A DNA stretch of 64,000 nt from Octopus vulgaris (taxonomy: Eukaryota), in the NCBI GenBank assembly GCA_951406725.2, contig OX597821.1, positions 60,326,001 through 60,390,000 of the forward strand. The letters are read 5' to 3'. A program made the position numbers and the translations under genes. Shown piece by piece: positions 13,921-26,424 of this stretch. The number at the start of each line of letters is the position of its first letter. The first letter of the stretch is position 1. The notes under the pieces were generated by a model. The model did not search any database, had not been told where the DNA came from, and saw only the letters and a list, made by a program, of their open reading frames with translations.

Positions 13921-14798
13921 CTCATTTTTCTTCTTTGATTTCTTTTTGGAAGTTGATTCTGCAGATGGGGCTAGGTTCTCCTTCTTGCCAGGTTGCTCAG
14001 AACCAGTTTGCTTTTTATCAGATTGCTCAGATTGTTTCTTTGAGGGTTGAGGACTTTTTTCCTTCTTGCCACTTTGCTCAGATCCCTTCTTGCTGGATTG
14101 CTCAGAACCTTTTTTGCCACTCTGTTCAGACCCTTTCTTGACAGTCTGATCAGATCCCTTTTCACCAGTCTGTTCTGATCCCTTTTTGCCAGTTTGTTCC
14201 GATCCTTTCTTGCCGGTCTGTTCAGATCCCTTCTTGCCTGCCTGTTCAGACCCCTTCTTTCCAGCCTGCTCAGACCCCTTCTTTCCAGACTGTTCTGATT
14301 CCTTTTCTTTTTTATTTGCTTGTGCAGCATTTTTTTCTTTCTTAGTGGGTTGAGGGCTTTTCTCCTTGCTAGATTGCTCAGCAGCTTTTTCCTTTTTAGT
14401 TGGTTGAGGGCTTTTTTCTTTAGAAGACTGCTGGGAGCCCTTTTTACTAGCCTGTTCAGAACCCTTATCTTGCTTGCTGGTCTGTTCAGAGCCCTTATCT
14501 TTCTTGCCTTCTTGTTCAAAGCCTTTGTCCTTCTTACTTGACTGTTCAGCAGCCTTCTCTTTTTTAGAAGCCCCAGGACTTTTTTCCTTGGTTGTTCCCT
14601 GTACAGATGAGGCAGTTATTTTTTCCTTTTTAGCGATCTGATCTGCTGTCTGAGCACTGTTCTTCGATGATTGTTTAGAGGTTGGTGAATCCTTCTTTTT
14701 GGAAGTTTTTTCTACATTCTGTGCAACAATCTCTTCAACCACTATTTCATTTTTCCCTTTATTCTTTTTTTCTTTGCGAGAACGTTGCGTTGTCCAAC
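13921..14798 (-). CDS. Coding exon 4 (878 nt): (G)WTTQRSRKEKK ... tandem KKGSEQxG repeats ... SKKKNE
   Basis: Lies inside the 300-aa ORF 13903..14805; acceptor TTTTTGACAG|GT; donor GAG|GTAAGT at 13920; phase 1/0. Confidence 0.92.
14068..14283 (-). repeat. Coding minisatellite, 9 x 24 bp encoding [KE]KGS[ED]Q[ATS][GVS]
   Basis: Units read directly: KKGSEQAG x2, KKGSEQTG x3, EKGSDQTV, KKGSEQSG, KKGSEQSS, KKGSEQSG. Confidence 0.95.
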
Positions 14799-14924
14799 CT
14801 GTCAAAAAGACAAAATAATATGAACAATAAGAAGAGGCTTGAAATATTTTCTATTATAATTCACCTATCTTAAAACTAAAACAAACTCATTTTTAGGAGG
14901 AGTAAATAACAGGTAAAGTGAAAG

Positions 14925-15085
14925 GACCATAGCCCAGTGGTTAAGGTGTAGGCATTCACAATCACAAGAACTGAGTGGTACATTGTGTTCTGCAAAACAC
15001 TTAATTTTATGTTGCTCCAATCCACTCAGCTGTAACAGAATATCCCTGCAATGGACTGGCATCCAGTTCAGGGGTAATCTTGTGA
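14925..15085 (+). mobile_element. SINE family D (tRNA head plus CORE-like segment), old copy
   Basis: Matches the reverse complement of 48870-49115. Confidence 0.6.
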
Positions 15086-16669
15086 TCTCGGCCATTTATA
15101 TTCCACAGAAATTGAGTAACCAGTTCCCTCAGTCCTATAGCCCAAGACAGCAATGTCCAGGGGTCAATGATGATGAAACAACAGTTAATATGGTTTCTTA
15201 ACACTACTGAATATCAATATAATGTGATGAGCCAATGAATGAGTCAGTAAGTAGTCATTCGAAATGCTAGAAACAGCAGCCAAATCACCCTAATATCACA
15301 CTCATACTGTTTCAGAAAAGAACACATATTGATAATGAGAGCTTGAGTTATATGCACTTAGAAAATAGACACGATAATTATGACTGGAATGCTTTTGATA
15401 GTAGGCCTACTTGATTGGGAGTAAATTACAATAACAATGTGAGCTGTGTAAAAAGAAACATAAAAATACATAAAGAATACCAGGTTTGCTGTGAAACAAA
15501 TTTAAAAAGTTAAATAAAAATCTCAGATTCATGAGTTTTGTTTGTTTTAACGCCTATTTTATTTTTTAAAATCCTGCATGGGTTTAGGTGACAAGTTATT
15601 TGAGACAAGATTTTACAGCTTCCTGTCACCAACTTTTACCTCTTTGTCAAGTGAGGGATTTCTTTATTCCACAGATCCTTGAGAATGCAGAGTAACCGAT
15701 CATAATGTTAACACGCAAAGTAAACCTCAACAATGCCTTGCTCAAGCAGTGAGAGCAAACCTACTTGAACACACACACACACACACACATGTATCTCAAT
15801 CATTTAAAGCCTGTTTTTCCATGTTTATGTGGGTCGGACATAATTTTGTTTAGGCAGATGCCCTTCATGCTGCCAACCCTCACTTGTTTTGGGACTAAGT
15901 AATATTTTCCCTGTGTCCAGAAAATCCACCATAAGTGTATTGTATTAGCATTTTTTTAAATAAAAAAAAATAAAATAAAATAAAAGGTTTTATAACTTCA
16001 TTAAATATGAAAGTCTTTATTTAATGTCGAACATTAAAAAAACAGGTTGGAGTCACCAAGCAACCCATACCTGTCACAAAGCACAATAATATTTCACCAT
16101 AGCCAAACTTATTTTCACAGAAGATTGCAAACAAAGGACACTTATTTGCATAATGGTCACACGTTTTTGAAAACAATCACACAATAAGATGTACACACCC
16201 ACGTATACATACAACGGGTTTCTTTCAGTTTCCATCAGCTAAATCCATTCCCAAGGCTTTGGTTGGCCTTGGGCTTATAGGAAAAGGCACTTGCCTAAAG
16301 TGTCATACAGTGGAACTGAAGCATAAACCAGGAAGTTGAGAAGCAAACTTCTTACTACACAGACACACTTGTGCCTATATTATGCAGTAGAAATATAATA
16401 AATGTTCTGTTAGCATGCAGTGGTGAGTTCAAGTCTTACTGTGTGCCCAGAAGAAAGCAATAGCAGAACATTTTCTTTAAATGCATTTGCCAACCTTTTC
16501 ATTGGAGCCCAATTCTTCTGATTATAGAATGCATGAGATGATTGGTGTATAACTAATCATCTCCATGTTAAATTCATCAAACACAGGAGAGAGAGAGGGA
16601 CAAAGAGAGAGCCATGGACAGCTGCAGTAATTTAAAAAAAATCTTGAAATAACTTTTTATTTCATTTAT

Positions 16670-17010
16670 TTTTTACTTGCTTCAGCCACAGGACTGCAGC
16701 CATGCTGGGGCACTATCTTGAAGGGTTTAGCCAAACGAATCAACCACAGTATTTATTCTCTTCATCTCTTTTGCAAAACCATTATGTTATGGGGACATAA
16801 ACAAACCAACAAAGGTTGCTAAGTGGTGGGGAGACAAAACCACACACACAGATAGACAGGCTTCCACACAGTTTCCATCAACAAAAACTTCTCACAAGGC
16901 ATTGCCCAGCCTTGGACTATAATAGAAGACACTTGGCCAAGGTGCCATGTAGTGGGATTGAACCTGAAACCACATGGTTGGAAAGCAAATTTTTTAACCG
17001 CACATCCACA
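16670..17010 (-). mobile_element. SINE family A, diverged
   Basis: Head and tail motifs are recognisable. Confidence 0.75.
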
Positions 17011-17086
17011 CCGATGTTAAACTTATAATAAAAAAAACAACAGCGGCAAATGACAAGAAATAAAGAATGAGAACAAATTGCTCAAC

Positions 17087-17174
17087 CTTCAGCTTCATTC
17101 ATCATGGCCTTCTTTTCAGCCTTTGTTAAATGTTCCTTCTTATTGTTTGAATTGGATGATTTCTTTGCCTGGGA
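17087..17174 (-). CDS. Coding exon 3: SQAKKSSNSNNKKEHLTKAEKKAMMNEAE(G)
   Basis: Long polypyrimidine tract ...TCTTTCTTCCTTAG| acceptor; donor G|GTTGAG; 88 nt; phase 0/1; completes a Gly codon with exon 4. Too short for the ORF track. Confidence 0.85.
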
Positions 17175-18093
17175 CTAAGGAAGAAAGACAAATGAAAAAA
17201 AAAAAGAAAAAGAAAAAAGATGTTAATGCCCATTTGGTTTACTTACAATGAAATCACATGAGTCAACAGATTTAAAGAATAATGATGATGATGATGATGA
17301 TGATAGTGGTGATGGTGCTTAATATTAAGGGCCATGCGAAAAAAGTCAAAGTGAGACAATATCGAAAATCAGTAAAAAAAAAAAAATACAACAGCAAGCA
17401 AGTTAATGGTAATTTGTAAAAGGAAATGGGGGTGGGGGTGGTACAGCTGCTAGGGAGGCAAACTATACAATTTTAACAAATAATAGCAGTTTTATGCCAA
17501 AAAGACAAAAAGCAGTACAAGTGGAGAGGGTGGTGGTGGAAATGACAAAAAATAACTAAACAAAATGACAGCTTTTTGAAAAAATATGAATAAAAAACAT
17601 AAACTAACATGCACAAATGGAGGGGGATGGTCACTTACGGTAATAGTAACATGTGCAGAAAACTACGAACCTTAAGAAGTAGCTGGAGGTTGTCTAATCT
17701 AGAACGTGTAGCAGTTAATACGTCTGAACTAAGTTTCTAACTCTCCTTTGGCAAGATAGATACTCTGAAGTCTTTAAATACATATCGGTATTTAGACTAG
17801 AGATTATTAATAGGTTTGGGCTGATATAGAAGGAGAACCAAACTTGTTTAGTTAATAATGAATTTATCAAATTTTGGTTGAATTACTGGCGATGAGAACA
17901 TTCCTATTTCCCCTAGCAAATAGAAACTAAAGCATACCTAAATTTTATGGAAACAGAAGGTAGATAATTAATTAATTAGATACTGAGAGTAAACTATAAG
18001 TGACATCCTATAATGGTTGTTCAAAAGGTATTGTAAGAATTAGAAAAGAATGTATCTGGCTAAGCTTTTGATATGGTCATCTATAAACCAGAT

Positions 18094-18678
18094 CAGTGGT
18101 TCTCAACCACGTTTTGCCTATGGACCTCTTTGATTCCTGTTTGACTCTCTTTTACTTGCACTTGTGATGGCGTTAACCCAGGGCGGGTTGAGCCGGCTTC
18201 TTCTCTGGTCCTAATGGCATCACGAACCATGGTGGCCCACGCTCAACGGTCCCGTGTGAGGTCACTGGAGATAGCGAGCCATTCACGGTTCCATCTGCGC
18301 AGACCGACCACCTGCGGACCTGAGAGTTCGGAGAGGTCCTCCTTTATCGTCATTGCCCAGGTCTTCAGCTGCCTGCCCATGCGTTTGCGCCAGCTGGGAA
18401 GTGGAGGTGGGAGGAGAACATCGCAAATCAGCTCACTCTCTGCACGCTGGGCCGCATGACTGAACCACCTTAGAAGCACTGAAGGACTCACATAGTCATT
18501 CGATGTTAAAAAAAAGCCTTTTTTTTAAATAATTAAATATTATTAGGAACCATATAAAAAAAAATGTTAAAATATTGTTTATTGTAGAAGTAAAACCAAT
18601 TTATTTCACATAAATTTTAACAAAATCTTATATGGACCCTCCATATGGACTCAAGGGTCATGTGGTTGAGAACCAATG
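18094..18678. mobile_element. hAT-type MITE carrying a nested RTE LINE fragment
   Basis: TIRs CAGTGGTTCTCAACC / GGTTGAGAACCAATG; 8-bp flanks AACCAGAT / AACTAGAA (6/8 identical). Confidence 0.75.
18148..18480 (-). mobile_element. RTE-clade LINE 3' end
   Basis: The minus frame reads LLRWFSHAAQR...WRKRMGRQLKTWAMTIKEDL, matching the RTE RW.GH..R / RGRP.KTW...IKEDL pattern; tail CAAGTGCAAGTAAAAGA. Confidence 0.8.
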
Positions 18679-19486
18679 AACTAGAATCATCTAAAACATA
18701 ATTTATATGTATGCTTCTTTCAGTAGAACCTTTGTGGTTTACTAACAGACTAGTAGTTTTGTGCTGTTACCAAGAAATCAATAGATATATGGGCAGTTCA
18801 CTTTTTCTGATGATTCACCGAATATATGGCTAGGATGGGAAATTTTCTAGAGTCAGTCTGAAGTATTGACAAGGATTGTTTATGAAACGGTTTAAGCAGG
18901 CTATTTTTTGTTATCTTCTCTATAGATTTTTGCAAAAGCTGTCTGCCTGTATAACAGGAGAGCTTCGATATTAGTTATTTCTAGTTTTCATGGTGTTCAA
19001 CAACTGAGAAAAATTTACTCGCCTTGGATGAAAATGACTCTATACTACAAGTATTACCAATAGGAAGAGTTGAACTCAGCACTGAAAGCTAGTGGAAGAT
19101 TTCTCTGTAATAGTGTTCCCTTAGTGCCTATGGTAGTACACCGATGTCTTCATTCGAACAATTTTAGACCTTGGTGAACTGGGTGACTTACAGTTCAGTG
19201 TTCTTTCAAAAAAAGAGACTGTGAAGTGCAAATGTGGAATAAATAGTCACTCATAGACACAAATAGCTGGTGGCATCATCTTAATGTCTTGCACTTACAG
19301 GGAATCAATCTAATAGTTTCTAGCAGTAAGTATTACATTTTACTGTCACTGCAGTATAAATCTGCAGTAAAACAACTTGCTTAACAGGAATGTGATTATG
19401 AAATTTATGACCTTTATAAGACTGATCATGTGATAGCAAATCTGCATATTGCTGCCCATAACTGTTGAAGACACTCAAATAAAGCC

Positions 19487-20090
19487 ATCATCATCATCGT
19501 TTAAACGTCCGCTTTCCATGCTGGCATGGGTTGGACGATTTGACTGAGGACTGGCGAACCAGATGGCTGTACCAGGCTCCAATCTGATCTGGTAGAGTTT
19601 CTACAGCTGGATGCCCTTCCTAATGCCAACCACTCCAAGAGTGTAGTGGGTGCTTTTACGTGCCACTGGCACGAGGGCTAGTCAGGCTGTACTGGCAACG
19701 GCCATGCTCAAATGGTGTTTTTTACATGCCACCTGCACAGGGGCCAGTCCAGCGGCACTGGCAGTGACCTCGCTCGATTGTTTTTTCACGTGCCAGTAAG
19801 GTGACGCTGGTAACGATCACGCTCGAATGGTACTTTTTATCCGTGGGTAACCGGTTGATCATCATCATTGATTCAATTCATCAGGCGATACTGCCACCAG
19901 CATGGAAGTCAGTCAGCTGCTCTGGCAACGATCACACTAGAATGGTGCTCTTAGCACTCCACTAGCATGGATGTCAGTCATTGAATTTAATTTCGATTTC
20001 ACTTGCCTCAACAGGTCTTCGCAAGCAGAGTTTAGCGTCCAAGAAGGGAAGGTACGCATAAGTGGGCTGGCTACACCCCTGGCATTACGT
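19487..20090 (-). mobile_element. SINE family B, long copy with internal tandem subrepeats
   Basis: High identity to 2704-3050, with repeated GTGCTTTTACGTGCCAC-like units. Confidence 0.85.
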
Positions 20091-20099
20091 CAATCCTTG

Positions 20100-21000
20100 A
20101 GGACATGTGTAGAGGGTTCTTCATTAAATCTAGACTATGAAGAAGGAGCTTCAAGACTGCCTTGATGGTATGCAACCAGGTCTTCCATAAATGCTCCCAG
20201 TATCATGTGATACGAGCACAAAACTAAAGAGTAGATTTATGTACATTTTATACTTGTCTCCACTAACACTGCTCAAAACAGGGTAGGTTTTACTGGCTAA
20301 CATTATGATGCTGAAAAACAAGCCACTATATTTTTGAGACTTCCACAGCTTGGCAGAGGATTCAATTACACTGGTGCAATTGGCAGGGATATGCAATATG
20401 AAACTGAGAACCTACCAACACTAATGGTGACAGATTCCTTATATGGCATTATGAAACACACCTCAGTTGCGTTAACTCGAGCAATTTCAATTCCATCTAT
20501 CAACTTTTGACAATATTTGAGCGGATAAGATATTAGATTCTGGCCTAGAGAATCCATATCCTATCACTGGCATAATATTAGATTCTGGGTAAAGCATTTC
20601 ACTGTTTTCCTTCCTTATCTACCCAGTCATAGAACAAGTAAAAACATAAAGAAAGGAAGAATGTTTCAATATTGAGGAACTGAATCATCCTGAGCCAGCT
20701 AGCTAGTTTGATGGTTTGCAGTGCTGAGAGTAAGTCTTCCCATGGGAATAATTGGCCTATAAGACATACTGAAACTTAAAGATTTTGAATTGGATTTTAA
20801 CAAGTTCTAAGCTGATTCTATTTGGGATTTTAATATAATTTACTTCAATAATTGGAGCAGAAGCAATCCAGAATGCCAAGCCAACAACTTTTTGAAGAAG
20901 TTATGCCACAAACACCATGTTAATACTTCTTCACATAAACAGGTTAGAAAAATTAATCTTGACACCTCAAAAGGGTTTTAGTATGTAAAAATTTGCTATT
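20100..21000 (+). pseudogene. Possible highly decayed Gypsy/Ginger-type integrase remnant
   Basis: Broken frames give, in the expected order, KKELQDCLDG (cf. IL.ECHD), GRFYWLTL (cf. GFYWPTL), YFNNW/AEAIQ (cf. DYFSKWAEAIP) and FLKKLCHKHHV (cf. F..LC..YGV). Confidence 0.35.
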
Positions 21001-21872
21001 GATAAATTTTATGCTGTTATTGTTAGAAATTTTCAGTGTCTGATGTTATTAATAAATTGCAATGTTGACTTTCACATCTTGGGGTGGTTTTACTGTCTAA
21101 ATAGATGAGACGGCAAGAAAATAAAACAAAAATGCCAAGACGCATTTTATTGAATAAAATTGTATATTTCATAGATTTTGGTTAGAAAGCCGTCAAAGCT
21201 GGTAAAACAATTAGCAGTGGAAGCCTTAAAAAATGCTTAAAAAGAGAAGACTATCTTGTGATGAGAGTACAGGAGTTTTTGAAGGGGTTTAGTAACTAAA
21301 ACATAATCAAACAATATATTGTTTCTACCAAAAATCAAGAGTTTTCACTCACTACTTAGAGCGTCTAGAAAAATGCAAAACAATTATGTTACAACTAAAG
21401 TGAATTTAGAGACTACCCAGAAAAATACATTGAGATTTAAAAAGCTAATATATAATATTTTATAGGTTCTACCCCCATGCACAGGTTAAAAGGCTCTGAA
21501 AACATTATTAGATGTCTTTCAGGTTGATTTTCTTTCTAATGCTAAACAAGTGCAATTGCTCTCAATCTATCTATTTATCTATCTATCTATCTGTCTATCG
21601 CAAGATGAACTGAAGAAAGCAATGCTCAAACTATCAGTTCAAAACCTGACCTCTGGGCCAGTACCACAGCCAAATAGTTTGTAATCCTCCCGGAATAAAA
21701 AGGAAAATAGATTTCTATACGATATAATATAGCTACAGAGCTTAAAGTAGATTCAAACATTAACCAATACAGGAATGTTTGCAGATTGAACCTGAAAGTC
21801 TTGGATTAACGGAACATGGTAAATAAGGATTGTATACTTGGTATAATTTCATAAAGTCTTATTAAAACATAC

Positions 21873-22079
21873 TTTTTTGTGGTCTGCCTTCGCATCAAGA
21901 GTGGCTTGCTGTTTCGCCTTATTCGTTGGGCCTTTAGTAGGGCTCTGCTGCTGCTTGGATGAAGTAGACTTTACAATATGATCTTTGTTCCCTTTAACAG
22001 CCGACTGACCACTGGGTACTTTAGTGAGCTTTGTTTTAGCCTTAGATTGTTTAGTCTGAGTGTTTGTTTGTAGAGGCTG
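21873..22079 (-). CDS. Coding exon 2 (69 aa): QPLQTNTQTKQSKAK...DAKADHKK
   Basis: Acceptor TTTATTTGCTTGCAG|CAG (NAGNAG); donor AAA|GTATGT; 207 nt; phase 0/0; K/Q-rich composition matches the other exons. Confidence 0.85.
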
Positions 22080-23227
22080 CTGCAAGCAAATAAAATTTGT
22101 GGTAAAGAAAAATGTCCTTTCGCTCTCTGCTTTTTTTAAAAATTTAATTATTACTTTAAATTACTTTAAAAAAAAATATAATAAAACTAAATATGTCCTG
22201 AATCACAGTTAGTGAGATAAGTAGCCACTAATCTTGGTTGGGGACATAATGTATATTTAATGATTATTTAGAAAAGGCATATCCAGCCAGAAGCTTTTGT
22301 ATTTTTGCAGTAAAAGCTATAATTCAGTCATCGTTTTAGGCTTTACCCCCAGATCCATAGATAGTTTTAGGTTTAAGGTGTAATTTACCAATTCACCACC
22401 AATTAATAGCAGTTGTGCTTTTAAGCAAAATTCTTGGGACACTTGCAGGTGGCAATCAAAATTTGGAATTGGCTTTCAGTTGATGTAATAATATATGCTG
22501 GAACAATATTATAATTGGCTGTAGACGGAATACATTAAATTTTTCACAAGGAAGCAACTGTGATATAGTGATTTTTTTTTAACAGGCAGAAATTTGTGGC
22601 AGCCAAAAAAATATAACTAAAAGAAAAAAATAAATAAAATAAGAAAGCCTTTCGTGTACAACTGAGATGATAAAATGTGATAGGGTTTGACAATATTAGT
22701 AAAATACATTAAAACAAACATGCTGTAAGATTGCTGAAAAGTTCAATCTGTTCTATTGATATAAGATACAACAATAATAGCAACAACATCAACAACAACA
22801 TCAAAGTGAAGGGAACTGATTGACTAATAGCAATGCAAAGCAATAAATATATAATTACAATAATTAGTAACAGTGCTAAAAGAAGATTAAGCTACATAAG
22901 TTATTCTAATCGGTCAGTGGAAAAAATAATAGAAGTGGATAGAAGACTCAGGTTTGGTTGACAGCAAGTGCCTTATGAATACAAAAGTTCTCAAATAACA
23001 AAGTTACTTTTTGAAGTGGGAATTAGAGTTCAAACAAATGTAATTTGTTTGTTTCTGGAAATTTCTTTCTTCAATTCATCAGAAATCATATTCTTTTCTT
23101 AAGTTATGTAGTTATAGTTCTAGATTTTTTCCAATCTGATAAGAGGTATTTTTCTGTTGGATGCTGTTTCTTAGATGAATCCCTCAAATATGAAGGAACG
23201 GTAAGTTATTTCAACCATGTTGATTAA

Positions 23228-23453
23228 CCCTTAAATGGCAGACATCATCAATTAATGTTTCAAATATTTTACAGTGATACAACCATCATCAAATTGATAA
23301 TGAAATTGTAAGTTTTATTGTGCAAGAGATTAACAATTATTAGTTTTGTACTTAATTAAAGTGCAAGTAAGAATAAAAAGAGATGTTTTTTTTTTGTTTT
23401 TCGCCTCCTGTTTAGCACACACATTCATGCAACCCTTTCCTGCCATTTAAGGG
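23228..23453. mobile_element. Complete piggyBac-type MITE (226 bp)
   Basis: Perfect 14-bp TIR CCCTTAAATGGCAG / CTGCCATTTAAGGG with TTAA on both sides. Confidence 0.9.
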
Positions 23454-24734
23454 TTAATGAAAAAGAGCAGCATAATACATGTAGCAGCTCATCTAGGGAT
23501 AAATCCAAATCCAAAAGCTAGATTTGAACTAATCAATCATCTTACAAGCTATACAGTCCAGCATCATAACCTTTCGGCTACTGCACTTCTCATAAAACAC
23601 AGATTATGTGTTGAGAGAAAACAAGTGAAAATGTATTCAAGTTGGTTTTGCAGTTGTGTTATGTGAAAGAGTGATTAAGCAAATCTAAGAAGTAAGCTCA
23701 ATTTGGAAGACTTTTATATAAAACTTGTTACTAGAGGTATTATGTAAGCATATTATTAGCAATTTATTATTATTAATATTATTCCTTAGAAATAATATAA
23801 AGTAAGTAGATTAATTCAAAGCTCTAAATATCACAAGTAAAGTTTTTCTAACATCCAGGAATTCTTTAATTCTCTTCTGTTTACCAGTTGATAGTGTCTA
23901 CAATACCAGAAAATTGAATAGATGACACTGATGTCTATGGGAATTTTGCTTGGAACTGAATGAAGACTAGTTAGCAGAGTTTTGAGAACTCTAACCATTC
24001 AAAAGAATAACTTAAATTTATTTTATTTTATTTTACTATTACTAAAATCTAATTTAACAATTATAACCAAAAGAAATTCAAGTTTAATTAAAATAAAATT
24101 TAAAAAGCAGAAAGTTGAATTCACACAACATTAAAAAAAAAAAAAATTAAAATTTTGGGGAAATTAGTTTTGGATACTGTATTTGCAAGTGAATAGAATA
24201 TACAATATTTTTACTTTAAAATCAATGCAAAATCGACAATGCCTTAAAAGTTTGCTTATTAAACTCAAATATAATTGGAAAGTATATCACCCTTTGAATG
24301 AAATGTTTGGATGCTGACAATTTGGCATGGCTGACTGGACATTCAATCTGTTTTTGCAAAAAGTACTTTTTGGCACTAGAGGCAAACACACACACACACA
24401 GAGAAATATACACATATAAATAGATAGAGGGAGAGAGCGGGGGAATGAGAGAAACATTAAAACATCTGATGTCAAATAGGTCAGTTGAATCAGCCATGCC
24501 AAACAGGTGGCAGCAAAGCAGCTGTGCCGAAATGTCACATACTCTATTGCACTATATCTAATAACCTTGATTGAAATACTCTGACTTATGTTTCAGTATA
24601 TTATACACACTTGCAAATACAATAATTACAATAAAAGAAACATAACATTGAGTAAAAAAACAACAACAAAAAAACAATAGGTATCAAAGAAATGAACAAG
24701 CATAAGCACACGCACACAACATACATTTATTATC

Positions 24735-24809
24735 TTTATATATATATATCCACACACATTTACATACATATATATATATATATACACACATATATATATA
24801 CACACACAC

Positions 24810-24857
<48 letters not shown>

Positions 24858-24865
24858 CATATACA
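24735..24865. repeat. (TA)n/(CA)n compound microsatellite
   Basis: Direct reading. Confidence 0.95.
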
Positions 24866-25394
24866 TATGACAAGTGAAACTTGCAGAGATGACATTGTCA
24901 TTGAGCAAATACATAAACTCTGAAAAAGGAAAGAATACAATAAAATGTTGATGAATATATTCTTCTTTATTTTTTTTTTTTTTTAAATTTTTTTTTTTGG
25001 TTTTAGAGATAAACTCTGTCTAAAGGTGGAAACTTTTGTACTGCAAAAGAATGCAACAAGTTGACTTTAGAAATAAAAAACAACATAACAAAAAAATAAC
25101 AGATGACTATTTTTGTTATAAACCAAGATCAAAGTTCACAGATACTTTTTGAAATCACCATTTAAAAAAAAAAATTAAAAAAATCAAAACAAACTAATAC
25201 TATTATCAGTGAAATTATTTCCTTTTATACATGCATGAAGTAAAGAATGGTATTGTAGTTATTTGTAATAATTACAAGTCATATTGGTATCGATAAAGGT
25301 CCCCAAACAAGTGAATATATAAATGGTAACATCAATTCTCCGACAATAAATCTTACATCTGGTATGCAGTATAGAAGCTTACTCCAGTTTAACT

Positions 25395-25658
25395 TTTAGC
25401 CTTTTACCATTTAGATTACTGTCAAATGTAATGCCTATTTATTCGCATTGTTTTCAATTAATCATGCATTATTTTGTAGCCTTGAGATTTTCATGCAATA
25501 CTCTTTACTCTTTTACTCGTTTCAGTCATTTGACTGCGGTCTAGTATTTATTCTACTGGTCTCTTTTGCCGAACTGCTAAGTTATGGGGACGTAAACACA
25601 GCACCATCGGTTGTCAAGCGATGTTGGGAGGAGGGAAAAACACAGACTCACAAACATA

Positions 25659-25702
<44 letters not shown>

Positions 25703-25990
25703 TACATATATACAATGGGCTTCTTTCAGTTTCCATCTACCAAATCCACTCACAAGGCTTTGGTCGGCCCGAGGCTATAGTAGAAGACACTTGCCCAAGG
25801 TGCCATGCAGTGGGAATGAACCTGGAACCATGTGGTTGGTAAGCAAGCTACTTACCACACAGCCACTCCTGATTGTTTATTTGAGGAATGACATTGTAGA
25901 GTAGGTGTGAGAGGTCAGATCTGACTGGTTTGAACATAAAACAAATGGGATATATCAGCCAGATTTGGTTGTCTAAATGCTAAAGGATTA
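25395..25990. mobile_element. piggyBac-like MITE interrupted by SINE A (25500-25870, minus strand)
   Basis: The two MITE halves match the uninterrupted copy at 28721-28902, and the SINE sits between them. Confidence 0.75.
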
Positions 25991-26424
25991 CAGAAATTCA
26001 CCCCAGTCTTTGAATGGTCCTTAATCTGGCTGGACCTGGTGGCAGGCTCTTGAGTCCATCTGTTTAAAAAAAAAAATTCTTTTTTGCAAGTATGCTTAAT
26101 TCTAATTATCAACTCTTTTGAGGTCAACCAGCCCAAGACTCTATGATTCTGGGATTTAGATTAAAACTTTCCATCAGAATTTCCTGCAAGTTTATGTTCC
26201 AAACATCTGCTTAACAGCGACAAAGTTAGTTCACTAAATTCTTCATTATCTTCAAAATTAATTGATACAAAGACAGTATATTCTTTTCTACTCTAGACAC
26301 AAAGCCCAAAAGTTTTGTGGGGTGGGGGCGGAGCAGTTGATTAGATCGATTCCAGGATGTAACTGGTACTTAATTTATTGACTCCGAAAGGATGAAAAGC
26401 AAAGTCAACCCCACAAAATTAGTA

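Noticed and set aside
14068-14283. CRISPR-like regular repeats (also 9125-9365 and 49985-50090)
   Set aside because: They are head-to-tail tandem units without unique spacers, in a eukaryotic context with no cas genes.
13971-14519. 182-aa R/L/N-rich minus ORF and overlapping plus ORFs
   Set aside because: These are alternative frames of the repetitive exon 4; only the K/S/E/Q frame fits the splice phases.
23100-23185. Possible extra minus-strand exon (DSSKKQHPTEK...)
   Set aside because: Weak acceptor, phase incompatible with exon 1, and an in-frame stop with no donor.
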